Positions 17,245-25,319 of a stretch of DNA of 32,511 nt are shown in pieces. The position numbers and the translations under genes were made by a program. Position 1 is the stretch's first letter. Each line of letters opens with the position of its first letter. This stretch comes from Verrucomicrobiota bacterium (lineage in GTDB: Bacteria; Verrucomicrobiota; Verrucomicrobiia; Limisphaerales; UBA11358): the NCBI GenBank assembly GCA_049509595.1, contig JBEKZT010000001.1:1-32511 (forward strand). Direction: 5' to 3'. The notes beneath the pieces are model-generated. The model worked only from the letters and a program-made list of their open reading frames with translations. It was not told the origin of the DNA and did not search any database.

Positions 17245-18570
17245 ATGAAAAAATTGTTAAAAGAAATTTCAGGTTCAATCATTGCACCAAAAGGTTTTCT
17301 TACGGGCGGAGTTTTCTGCGACATCAAACGCCTCGGCACGGGCAAGGGCTCGCAGAAAGGAAAAAAGCGCGACCTTGCGCTCATCGTTTCGGAAATTCCG
17401 GCGACGGTTTCCGGAATGTTAACCACGAATCAAATTTGCGCCGCGCCGGTAAAAGTTTGCGTCGAACGTGTGAAAAAAAGAACCGCGCAAGCCATCGTTG
17501 TCAACTCCGGCAATGCAAACGCTTGCACGGGCAGGCAAGGTCTGGCCGATGCGCGCGCGATGGTTTCACTCGCCGAGAAAGTGCTGAATCTTTCCGCCGG
17601 CTGCGCACTGGTGGGCTCGACCGGACGCATTGGCGTCGCAATGCCGATGGAAAATGTGAAACGTGGAATTTCCGAAGCCGCAAACTCTCTCGGAAATTCC
17701 GTCGAGCATGCGAATCATGCCGCCGAAGCGATTATGACGAGCGACACGCGGTCAAAACAAATTGCAGTTGAGTTTGATCTGGGTGGAAAAACCGTTCGCA
17801 TCGGCGGGATCTGCAAAGGCGCAGGAATGATTCAACCCGGAATGAGTCCAAACGGAAAATGTCCCCCCACAAGACCGCTGCACGCGACGATGCTGTGTTT
17901 CATCACAACAGATGCGGCGCTTGACGGGAACGTTTTACAGCTAGCGCTGAACGAAGCGGTTGCGCAAAGTTTCAATCGTATCACCGTGGACGGAGACATG
18001 AGTACGAATGACACGGTTTTGGTTTTGGCGAATGGCTTGGCGGGAAATAAAAAAATCAAAGTCAAAAGTTCGGAGTTCAAAATTTTTCAAGCTGCTTTGA
18101 ATCACGTCTGTCTCGAACTGGCCAAAATGATTGTGCGCGATGGCGAAGGGGTTCATCGCGTCGTGACAGTGCGCCTGAACGGTGCGAAGACAATTCGGGA
18201 TGCCGATGCCGCCGCGCGCGCGGTGGCGAACAGTGCGTTGGTCAAGACAAGCTGGCACGGCGGCGACCCCAATTGGGGGCGCATCATTGATGCACTCGGT
18301 TATTCGCCGGCAAAAATCGTGGAAGAGAAAGTGGACATCGGTTACAGTGCCGTGAATTCAAAAGAAATTCTTTGGAGTTTAAAGCGCGGCCAGTCAACGA
18401 AAGTTTCCTACCGAAAACTTTGCGCCGTCGTCGCGCCAAAAGAATTTGATTTGCACATCAATTTGAATCTCGGACATGCGAACGCAGTGATGTACGCGGC
18501 GGATCTGACGGAAGAATACGTAGATTTCAACAAAGGAGACGTAGGCGACCCAAATTCGCTGGGCGGTTAA
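17245..18570 (+). CDS. argJ: Bifunctional ornithine acetyltransferase / N-acetylglutamate synthase
   Basis: 441 aa with the autoproteolytic site motif HATMLCFITTDA, plus GICKGAGMIQP, TVDGDMSTNDT and the C-terminal EYVDFN motif. Confidence 0.94.
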   Translation: MKKLLKEISGSIIAPKGFLTGGVFCDIKRLGTGKGSQKGKKRDLALIVSEIPATVSGMLTTNQICAAPVKVCVERVKKRTAQAIVVNSGNANACTGRQGLADARAMVSLAEKVLNLSAGCALVGSTGRIGVAMPMENVKRGISEAANSLGNSVEHANHAAEAIMTSDTRSKQIAVEFDLGGKTVRIGGICKGAGMIQPGMSPNGKCPPTRPLHATMLCFITTDAALDGNVLQLALNEAVAQSFNRITVDGDMSTNDTVLVLANGLAGNKKIKVKSSEFKIFQAALNHVCLELAKMIVRDGEGVHRVVTVRLNGAKTIRDADAAARAVANSALVKTSWHGGDPNWGRIIDALGYSPAKIVEEKVDIGYSAVNSKEILWSLKRGQSTKVSYRKLCAVVAPKEFDLHINLNLGHANAVMYAADLTEEYVDFNKGDVGDPNSLGG

Positions 18571-18578
18571 ACCAAAGA

Positions 18579-19394
18579 TTACGGCGCAGGCGGGCCGCCT
18601 TCTGGAACGATCCCAGCGGCATCATCCAAATCCGTGGGCGGATAAATCCGAGATATCGGATCGCCCGCTTGCTGGGCTTGAAGGTGTTGAGCCACTATCA
18701 TTGCCTTTTGTGTGTCCGGGTCTATCTGCGGTTGTGCCGGCACATTTTGCAAATTTGAATTGCCGGATGAGGAATTATTGTAACTCGAGCCGTTATATCC
18801 TCCATTAAAATTACCGCCGCCGTTATTTTGCCCATTTTGCCCCCCGCGATTTCTGCCAAAACGACCGCCAAAATTTCCGCCGCTATTGTTGCCGGCATTC
18901 ATGGGCGCAAACATGGCCGGAACCGGATTTGGCGCAAATGATGCCGGTGCGGTTAAGGCAGGCGCGGCGACCAACGGAATTTCCTGAACAGTGCCATGAT
19001 TGTTGAAAGTAACAATTCCGCCCTTCTCATCAATGTGCATGACTTCAATGTCATCCTGTCGCTGGCCCTCGCTGAGAATGTAGGAAATGTCTTTGGCCGG
19101 TTGTCCGGGCTTGGCCGGGCTGGCAGCTTTGAACAACGCCTGAGGACTGCCAAAAATAGTCATGATGCCGTTGGGCGTAATCTTCGGCGGCGGTTCAGTT
19201 GGAGTCTGGTCAACCGGTTGTGGTGGATTCAGGTCGAAAACATTCCGTACTACAATCGGCGCATACGGATTATTTGGCGCAACACTTCCTGCATGCGCAA
19301 CCGCACACAATGCCAGTCCGCCCGCAAGGCAAATCGCAATTTTTCCGATGTATCTCACAATCGAAATATACCACGAATCAAACACCGCCGCCAA
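18579..19394 (-). CDS. Secreted hypothetical protein with a PilP/GspC-like beta domain and a Gly/Asn-rich low-complexity region
   Basis: The ORF track start at 19394 is a TTG. An in-frame GTG at 19358 would give the signal peptide M-RYIGKIAICLAGGLALCAVAHA/GS. The protein has an RNVF motif (VVRNVFDLNPP) and a compact domain DISYILSEGQRQDDIEVMHIDEKGGIVTFNNHGTVQEIPL. An N/G-rich tract (NAGNNSGGNFGGRFGRNRGGQNGQNNGGGNFNGGYNGSSYNNSSSGNSN) follows at about 18747-18899. Confidence 0.7.
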   Translation of the reverse strand: MAAVFDSWYISIVRYIGKIAICLAGGLALCAVAHAGSVAPNNPYAPIVVRNVFDLNPPQPVDQTPTEPPPKITPNGIMTIFGSPQALFKAASPAKPGQPAKDISYILSEGQRQDDIEVMHIDEKGGIVTFNNHGTVQEIPLVAAPALTAPASFAPNPVPAMFAPMNAGNNSGGNFGGRFGRNRGGQNGQNNGGGNFNGGYNGSSYNNSSSGNSNLQNVPAQPQIDPDTQKAMIVAQHLQAQQAGDPISRIYPPTDLDDAAGIVPEGGPPAP

Positions 19395-19412
19395 AATTTC
19401 GTTGCGGTCAAA

Positions 19413-20435
19413 TCAATAGGCTGCCTGCGTGCCTTTAATCTGCCGCTTTTTCATCCACGGCATCAGGCCGCGCAGACGCGCGCCGACTTTTTCGATGCCG
19501 TGCTGTTCGCCTTTCTTGAGCAGCGCGTTGTACTTTTTGTAGCCGCCTTTGTATTCGGCAACCCAACCTTTGGCAAATTTGCCGGACTGAATGTCTTTTA
19601 ACGCGGCCTTCATGCGTTTCTTCACACTCGCATCAATAATCTTTGGGCCGACGCTCACGTCGCCCCACTTGGCGGTTTCGGAAATTGAAAATCTCATTCC
19701 GCTGATGCCCGCTTCGTTCATCAAATCCGCGATGAGCTTCAATTCGTGCAGGCACTCGAAATAAGCCATCTCCGGCTGATAACCGGCCTCGACGAGCGTT
19801 TCGTAACCGGCCTGCACCAGCGCGCTCGCGCCGCCGCACAGCACGGTTTGTTCGCCGAACAAATCCGTCTCGGTCTCTTCCTTGAACGAAGTTTCCAACA
19901 CACCAGCGCGCGTGCCACCGATGCCCTTGGCCCACGCGAGCGCGATTTTTTTTGCATCCTTGCCGGGGTTTTGATAAACGGCGATAAGGCTCGGCACGCC
20001 CTTGCCTTCGGTGTATTGGCGGCGGACGATGTGACCCGGACCTTTCGGCGCGACCATGATGATGTTCACATTCTTCGGCGGAACGATGGTCTTGAAATGA
20101 ATCGCAAAGCCGTGCGAGAACAAAAGTGTTTTGCCCTTGGCCAGATTTGGTTCGATATCTTTTATGTAAGCGGCGGGCTGCTTCGTGTCCGGCAGCGCAA
20201 CGAAAATCACGTCCGCGCGCTTGACGGCTTCGGCAGTGGTGACGACTTCAAATCCTTTTTCCTGCGCGACCGGAATGGACTTGCTGCCTTCGTAAAGACC
20301 GATGATGACTTTAAGACCGCTGTCTTTGAGATTAAGTGCGTGAGCGTGGCCTTGCGATCCGAAGCCAAGCACGGCAAGCGTTTTATTTTTCAACACGCCG
20401 AGATCGGCATCTTTATCGGTATAGACTTTTGACAT
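19413..20435 (-). CDS. ilvC: Ketol-acid reductoisomerase (class I)
   Basis: 340 aa with [30 protein letters not shown] and [11 protein letters not shown], the canonical IlvC motifs. Confidence 0.96.
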   Translation of the reverse strand: MSKVYTDKDADLGVLKNKTLAVLGFGSQGHAHALNLKDSGLKVIIGLYEGSKSIPVAQEKGFEVVTTAEAVKRADVIFVALPDTKQPAAYIKDIEPNLAKGKTLLFSHGFAIHFKTIVPPKNVNIIMVAPKGPGHIVRRQYTEGKGVPSLIAVYQNPGKDAKKIALAWAKGIGGTRAGVLETSFKEETETDLFGEQTVLCGGASALVQAGYETLVEAGYQPEMAYFECLHELKLIADLMNEAGISGMRFSISETAKWGDVSVGPKIIDASVKKRMKAALKDIQSGKFAKGWVAEYKGGYKKYNALLKKGEQHGIEKVGARLRGLMPWMKKRQIKGTQAAY

Positions 20436-20472
20436 AAGTTATTTTTAATTAGGAATTTGTGGTTTGCAAATT

Positions 20473-20916
20473 TCAAGCCGCTTCCAAGCAACAAACTTCT
20501 TCACACCACTTTTCAATTTGCTGTTTAATGGCGTCGCGCACTTCGCGCGTCTGTTCCAATTTTTCTTCGCTTGTGCCTTGAAATTTTGACGGGTCGGGAA
20601 AACTCCAGTGTAATTGCGTCGTGACTTCGGAAAAAATCGGGCAGCGTTCAGCGCTTGCCTCGTCGCAAACGGTGACGACGCAAGCAAACATTTCTCCAGA
20701 CTTGATGCAATCAAAAACGGCTTTGGTTTGGTTGCCAGAAATATCAATGCCGATTTCTTGCATCGCTTCGACAACGATGGGATTTAATTTTCCCGGCTCA
20801 AGTCCCGCGCTATGCGCTTCAAATTCTTCACTGCAAATTTGATTCAAAAACGCCTCGGCCATTTGGCTGCGCGCGCTGTTATGGATGCAAACGAACAGAA
20901 CTTTTTTCTTTTTCAT
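20473..20916 (-). CDS. arsC: Arsenate reductase, LMW-PTP (thioredoxin-coupled ArsC) family
   Basis: 147 aa with the P-loop VLFVCIHNSARSQMAEAF (CX5R). A second Cys pair occurs in VVTVCDEASAERCPIF, and HWSFPDPS is present, as in Gram-positive-type ArsC. It begins 4 nt downstream of the MIP channel gene. Confidence 0.85.
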   Translation of the reverse strand: MKKKKVLFVCIHNSARSQMAEAFLNQICSEEFEAHSAGLEPGKLNPIVVEAMQEIGIDISGNQTKAVFDCIKSGEMFACVVTVCDEASAERCPIFSEVTTQLHWSFPDPSKFQGTSEEKLEQTREVRDAIKQQIEKWCEEVCCLEAA

Positions 20917-20920
20917 AATT

Positions 20921-21598
20921 TTATGATGCAGTTTCAGGTTTTAATTTTGAGCAACAACCCGTTTCGCGGATGCAGCGGCAGGCAAAGATTGCTGCGAGGG
21001 CGCCGAGCGGCGGAGCAATCAAGTAAATCCACAAATGCTCGAAATGCCCGGACACAAGCGCGGGCGCAAGCGAGCGAGCTGGATTCATGGACGCGCCGGA
21101 AATCGGCCCGGCAAACATTGCTTCAAGCGCAATCACCGAGCCGACGGCGATTCCCGCCGTGATTCCTTTTTCATTAGAGCCGGTCGAGACGTTGAGAATT
21201 GTCAGCATCAGAAAAAATGTAAGAACAGCTTCGAGAACAAACGATTGCATTTCCGAACCAGCGGGCAAAGTCGCGCCTAGCAACCTATTTTCTGGAAAAA
21301 GAAATCGCAGCAAACCGCTAGCGAGAAGTGCTCCGACAAACTGGCTTGCAATGTAAGGTAAAACTTCACGCCCGGACATTCTTCGCGCCGCCCAAAATCC
21401 AATTGTCACGGCGGGATTCAAATGCGCGCCTGAAATATCGCCAACAGTGTAAATCATCGCCAGCACGATTAACCCGAACGTCAGCGCGATGCCGACGTGG
21501 GTGATCGAGCCATTGCTGATTTCATTGATGATAATCGCGCCTGTGCCTGCAAACACGAGCGCAAATGTTCCAAGAATTTCAGCGGAGAATTTTTTCAT
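20921..21598 (-). CDS. MIP-family channel (aquaporin/aquaglyceroporin, NIP/AqpN-like), probable arsenite/metalloid channel
   Basis: 225 aa with two NPA boxes (HLNPAVTIGF and SMNPARSLAP) and six hydrophobic helices. The tail is unusually Cys-rich (FACRCIRETGCCSKLK). It is adjacent to arsC. Confidence 0.88.
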   Translation of the reverse strand: MKKFSAEILGTFALVFAGTGAIIINEISNGSITHVGIALTFGLIVLAMIYTVGDISGAHLNPAVTIGFWAARRMSGREVLPYIASQFVGALLASGLLRFLFPENRLLGATLPAGSEMQSFVLEAVLTFFLMLTILNVSTGSNEKGITAGIAVGSVIALEAMFAGPISGASMNPARSLAPALVSGHFEHLWIYLIAPPLGALAAIFACRCIRETGCCSKLKPETAS

Positions 21599-21617
21599 TC
21601 AGCCAGCGCTAATAAAT

Positions 21618-22091
21618 TTATTTCCTCGGCAAAGCCGCCTTGCCCGTGCGCGTGATTTCCTGAACGCCGAACGTTTTCATCAGGTCGAGGAATTTTTCCA
21701 CCTTGCTGTCGTTGCCGGTGATTTCGATGGTGAGCGACTTGGGCTGCACGTCCACGATTTTGGCGCGGAAAATGTCCGTGATCTGCATCACCTCGGCGCG
21801 TGATTTGGAATCCACGCCGACTTTCACCAGCACGAGTTCACGGTCTACATATTCGCCCGCGCTGAAATTTTGAACCTTAATCACATTCGGCAATTTATTG
21901 AGCTGCTTGACGATTTGTTCTAGCGTCGCCTCGTCTCCGGTCGTGACGATGGTCATGCGCGAAAGGTCAGGATCGTGCGTCGGGCCGACGTTGAGCGTGT
22001 CAATGTTGTAGCCGCGGCCGCTGAACAGCCCGGCCACGCGCGTAAGCACGCCGAACTTGTTCTCGACCAAAATTGAAATGGTGTGTCGCAT
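21618..22091 (-). CDS. ilvN: Acetolactate synthase small (regulatory) subunit
   Basis: 157 aa. MRHTISILVENKFGVLTRVAGLFSGRGYNIDTLNVGPT is the canonical ACT-domain N-terminus of IlvN/IlvH. Confidence 0.94.
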   Translation of the reverse strand: MRHTISILVENKFGVLTRVAGLFSGRGYNIDTLNVGPTHDPDLSRMTIVTTGDEATLEQIVKQLNKLPNVIKVQNFSAGEYVDRELVLVKVGVDSKSRAEVMQITDIFRAKIVDVQPKSLTIEITGNDSKVEKFLDLMKTFGVQEITRTGKAALPRK

Positions 22092-22188
22092 AAAACCGTT
22101 TGGAAACGGGCGAGAAAGCTAACAATCGAAATCGCGCGGGTCAATTTGCAAATTCAATTCAACTTCGGTTGTTAAATCTCCAGTTTAG

Positions 22189-23268
22189 TCAACGAACCGT
22201 GGCCGGTTGCTCATTTTTCTGCATGGCCTGTTTGAAAAATTCGCCTGAGTCGGTGAGGTCATAATTCCACGATTGCAACAGCGTCGGCCCCCATTCGGGA
22301 TCATAACACCACGCCATCCAACTGATGCCCTTGCTTTCAAGATATTTGACGATGAGCGGGCCGTAATCGTCGTCTTTGAGAGTGGTTCCCTTGCGCATGG
22401 AAAATCCAATCTCAGTCGCGATGATTGGATAACGGGCGGCGGCGAACCCAAAATCCTCCTCCCATTTCGGCACCCAGGGTTGTGACCGCTTGTTCGCGTA
22501 GGGATGTGTCACGTAACCGATTCCTTCCGCCTGAATCGGTTCGATGTTCAGCGGTGTCAGGTCGTAAGCCCAATCGAGTCCCGCCACGAGCGGAATCGTG
22601 TTGGTGTCATACGCGCGAATCAGGCCGATCATGTCCTCGTTCAGCTTTTTCCATTCGCTCCAGGACATGCTGCCGAGTTGCCCGCGATAAAGCGTCGGTT
22701 CGTTGAACAATTCATAAAAAGCAACGGTGCTGTTTCCTTGAAAATGTTGCGCGATTGTTCGCCAGAATTGAAACGTCTCCTTCTGCGTGGTGTCATACAT
22801 CGGGTCCTGGAACAGTTCCATTTTCAAATTGCCGATGCTGTGCCAGTCAATGTCAACGTAAATGCCCAGTTCGGTGCACCATTCGACCGCCTGATCAAGG
22901 AGCTTTAGATATTCGCGCGGAGTGCGTTCGCGCCACGCAATCGGATGGACTGGGATGCGGACAAGCGTGACACCCATGGCCTTCATTTCCTCGAAATGAT
23001 GTTTGTTCCAATGTCCTTGATGTTCGATCTTGTCGGGATCGGAAATGGACACGCCGCGGAACAAAACCGTTTTGCCGTCCGGATCAACAAATTTATTTCC
23101 TTGCACTCGTATCCGTGGAAGCTGGTTTGTCTCGTCGGTGTTGAAGGGTCTGCCATAAGGCCGGTCGTGCCACCATTGATGGTAGTCATTCGTTGATTGG
23201 GCATCCGCGTTCGGGAGCCAGAACAACGCGAGGCAGACGCTGGCGAGCAATTGGTGCGCGGTTTTCAT
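22189..23268 (-). CDS. Secreted glycoside hydrolase family 5 (cellulase/endoglycanase-like)
   Basis: The ORF track extends to 23484. ATG 23268 gives the signal peptide MKTAHQLLASVCLALFWLPNADAQ. The acid/base motif is FYELFNEP and the nucleophile motif is IIATEIG. VTLVRIPVHP is typical of the GH5 (beta/alpha)8 fold. Confidence 0.85.
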   Translation of the reverse strand: MKTAHQLLASVCLALFWLPNADAQSTNDYHQWWHDRPYGRPFNTDETNQLPRIRVQGNKFVDPDGKTVLFRGVSISDPDKIEHQGHWNKHHFEEMKAMGVTLVRIPVHPIAWRERTPREYLKLLDQAVEWCTELGIYVDIDWHSIGNLKMELFQDPMYDTTQKETFQFWRTIAQHFQGNSTVAFYELFNEPTLYRGQLGSMSWSEWKKLNEDMIGLIRAYDTNTIPLVAGLDWAYDLTPLNIEPIQAEGIGYVTHPYANKRSQPWVPKWEEDFGFAAARYPIIATEIGFSMRKGTTLKDDDYGPLIVKYLESKGISWMAWCYDPEWGPTLLQSWNYDLTDSGEFFKQAMQKNEQPATVR

Positions 23269-23540
23269 CTTGGTTGATTGCAAGTTAATACCGAGAAGGG
23301 AACGCCATTGGCAAGCCGCAAGAAATTCAGGTAGTGCCAATACTTCTTGCGTTTCTTGATTTCGCAAGTAGTTTGTTATGTACCTAGATTTGATTGCCAA
23401 ATTTCCAAAGCGTGGTGGATCTTTAGTTGAACCTCGTTCGGTCATGATTTGATATTCAGCGTCAGGAACGGTCCGGAAGAGCAAATAAAGCCAGGTACAA
23501 AATTATTCGCCGGCAGTAGCGGCTGCCCGCGTAGGTTGCG

Positions 23541-23560
23541 TCACGGTTTTTCACGGTTTT
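23541..23560. repeat. Perfect tandem duplication of the 10-mer TCACGGTTTT upstream of infA
   Basis: TCACGGTTTT occurs at 23541-23550 and again at 23551-23560. Related inverted copies are AACGGTGA (23590-23597) and AACCGTGA (23621-23628), which lie between the repeat and the infA ATG at 23645. Confidence 0.6.
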
Positions 23561-23644
23561 AATCCAAGTCCGTTTCGACAGCGGAAGTGAACGGTGACTT
23601 TACTGAATTTTTATCCGGGCAACCGTGAAGTCATTTTTAGTTTT

Positions 23645-23863
23645 ATGAGCAGTGAACAACCCATTGAGTTGGAAGGAACGGTTCAAACCGTTCTGCCCGG
23701 CACCATGTTTCGCGTTACCCTGGACAACCAGCATGAAGTCCTGGCGCATCTTTCCGGCAAAATGCGCAAACATTTTGTGCGGCTGACCGTCGGTGACCGC
23801 GTGCGAATGGAAATGTCACCTTATGATTTGTCAAAAGCGCGGATTACCTATAGACTCCGTTGA
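23645..23863 (+). CDS. infA: Translation initiation factor IF-1
   Basis: The internal ATG at 23645 gives a 72-aa protein. [66 protein letters not shown] is the canonical S1-like IF-1. Confidence 0.95.
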   Translation: MSSEQPIELEGTVQTVLPGTMFRVTLDNQHEVLAHLSGKMRKHFVRLTVGDRVRMEMSPYDLSKARITYRLR

Positions 23864-23885
23864 GTCGCAAACAAATTATTACATT

Positions 23886-24491
23886 GTGATCACTTTATTT
23901 TTATTTTGGACGGCCATCGGTTTTGTCATCGCCGGCTTCTTCGCCTCGTTTTTTGAATGGACGCTGCATCGCTATGTCATGCACCGGCCTCTGGGAAACT
24001 TTACCTATCCTTTCAAGAGCCACGCGCTGGTTCACCATCGCATTTTCAAAGCCGACCACACCTATCATTTGATTGATGAAAAAGACAAATACACCATCCC
24101 GATGGCCTGGTGGAACGGGCCGGTGCTGATCGCGGTCGGCTTGCTGCCTTTCGTGCTCGCGTCTTTGTTGTCGGGCAAGTGGGGAATCATTTGCGGCGCC
24201 ACGCTGGCGTGCGCCGCGTATTACGGCGCCTACGAATACATGCACTGGTGCATGCACCTGCCGCGGAAACGCAACGTCGAACGTTCGGGAATTTTCTTCC
24301 GGCTCAACGGCCATCACCTGCTGCACCACCGTTACATGCACAAAAATTTCAACGTCGTTTTGCCACTGGCTGATTTATGTCTCGGCACGCTGCTGCTGCG
24401 TTCCAAAATCCATTTCAAACAGGCCGAGGGTCCGTCCGTTCCCAACGTCCAGCCAAAAGTGCCGCGCGCCCGTATTGTGACGGCATCTTGA
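23886..24491 (+). CDS. Fatty acid hydroxylase / sterol desaturase superfamily membrane protein (di-iron His-box enzyme)
   Basis: His boxes are HRYVMH, HALVHHRIF, HWCMH and HHLLHHRYMH. The start is uncertain. The track ORF begins at 23793 inside infA, so I place it at the first in-frame GTG after the infA stop (23886). ATG 23823 is an alternative. Confidence 0.7.
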   Translation: MITLFLFWTAIGFVIAGFFASFFEWTLHRYVMHRPLGNFTYPFKSHALVHHRIFKADHTYHLIDEKDKYTIPMAWWNGPVLIAVGLLPFVLASLLSGKWGIICGATLACAAYYGAYEYMHWCMHLPRKRNVERSGIFFRLNGHHLLHHRYMHKNFNVVLPLADLCLGTLLLRSKIHFKQAEGPSVPNVQPKVPRARIVTAS

Positions 24492-24534
24492 AATAAGATG
24501 AAAGCTTTTCCGGTTTCCGGTGTATGCTTGATAC

Positions 24535-24717
24535 GTGAGTGACGAGACCCAAAGATTTACGAAGTCCAATTACGGAAAATTGCCCGTCTTAGGCTTGCCG
24601 GTGCAAGTCCAATGCGGAGGGTTCAAATGCATGGCCTATCGTGACTCGCAGGGAAGATGGAGAGACCTTTTCACCCGCAAATTGGTGTTCCGCGTTCTCG
24701 GAGTGGTTCTTGCCTGA
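24535..24717 (+). CDS. Small hypothetical protein (60 aa) with a CGGFKC motif
   Basis: GTG-initiated ORF containing LPVLGLPVQVQCGGFKCMAYRDSQGRWRDLF. The composition is protein-like, but I could not name a family. It competes with an antisense TTG-initiated ORF (24589..24804). Confidence 0.3.
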   Translation: MSDETQRFTKSNYGKLPVLGLPVQVQCGGFKCMAYRDSQGRWRDLFTRKLVFRVLGVVLA

Positions 24718-24825
24718 TACCGTGTAGATTTTATCTCCACGGCAAACTTCCACTACAATTATTTCCTCCTGACGGTGCTTATGGAAGATGACCGCCTGCA
24801 ACAATTGAGTTGCATCCCACCGGCA

Positions 24826-24844
24826 TTTTGCGAGATTCGCAAAA
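24826..24844. promoter_or_regulatory. Perfect 8-bp-arm inverted repeat TTTTGCGA-GAT-TCGCAAAA upstream of the VOC gene
   Basis: The repeat was read directly and ends 19 nt upstream of ATG 24864. A second palindrome, TGCAAC-AATTGA-GTTGCA, lies at 24796-24813. These could be operators or 5'-UTR hairpins. Confidence 0.3.
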
Positions 24845-24863
24845 ACTCAAACCATCAACGATT

Positions 24864-25253
24864 ATGAGCGAAAAAACGAACCTTCCCAAACCCGGCGAAT
24901 TCTGCTGGAACGAACTCGTCACCACCAGTGTGCCTGCGGCCAAAAAATTTTACTCCGGACTGCTCGGTTGGAAGGCCAAATCTTTCGGCAAAGGCATGGA
25001 TTACACGATTATCTTCAAAGGCAAGGACAAGCCCGGCGGCATCGGCGGCATGATGAAATGTCCCCAGCCCGGCAATCCCGCGCAATGGATTCCCTATATC
25101 CTCGTTGACGACGTGGACGCCACGGTGAAGAAAGCCGGCAAGCTTCGCGGCAAAGTTTGCGTGCCGCCGTTCGACGTGCCGACCGTCGGGCGCATCGCCG
25201 TTCTGTCTGACCCGCAAGGCGCGGCATTTGGAATTATCAAGCCGATGATGTAA
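24864..25253 (+). CDS. VOC (glyoxalase/bleomycin-resistance/dioxygenase) family protein
   Basis: The internal ATG at 24864 gives a 129-aa protein. PGEFCWNELVTTSVPAAKKFYSGLLGW ... WIPYILVDDVDATVKKAGKLRGKV ... GRIAVLSDPQGAAFGI matches the small single-domain VOC proteins. Confidence 0.85.
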   Translation: MSEKTNLPKPGEFCWNELVTTSVPAAKKFYSGLLGWKAKSFGKGMDYTIIFKGKDKPGGIGGMMKCPQPGNPAQWIPYILVDDVDATVKKAGKLRGKVCVPPFDVPTVGRIAVLSDPQGAAFGIIKPMM

Positions 25254-25319
25254 ATAGGCGTGAGCGAGTCCACTAACAAACTCGCGTTACGCAAAACTTG
25301 AAACCGCTTTTCCAACACC

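Noticed and set aside
19746-20432. 228-aa + strand ORF opposite ilvC
   Set aside because: It is a shadow ORF within the canonical ilvC gene.
23269-23484. Upstream extension of the GH5 ORF
   Set aside because: The internal ATG at 23268 gives a classical signal peptide. The extension has no hydrophobic leader and lies in the AT-richer promoter region shared with infA.
24589-24804. 71-aa TTG-initiated minus-strand ORF antisense to the 60-aa CGGFKC ORF
   Set aside because: It uses a non-ATG start, has no recognisable features and is less protein-like than the + strand ORF. Neither ORF is strongly supported, so I kept only the + strand one, at low confidence.
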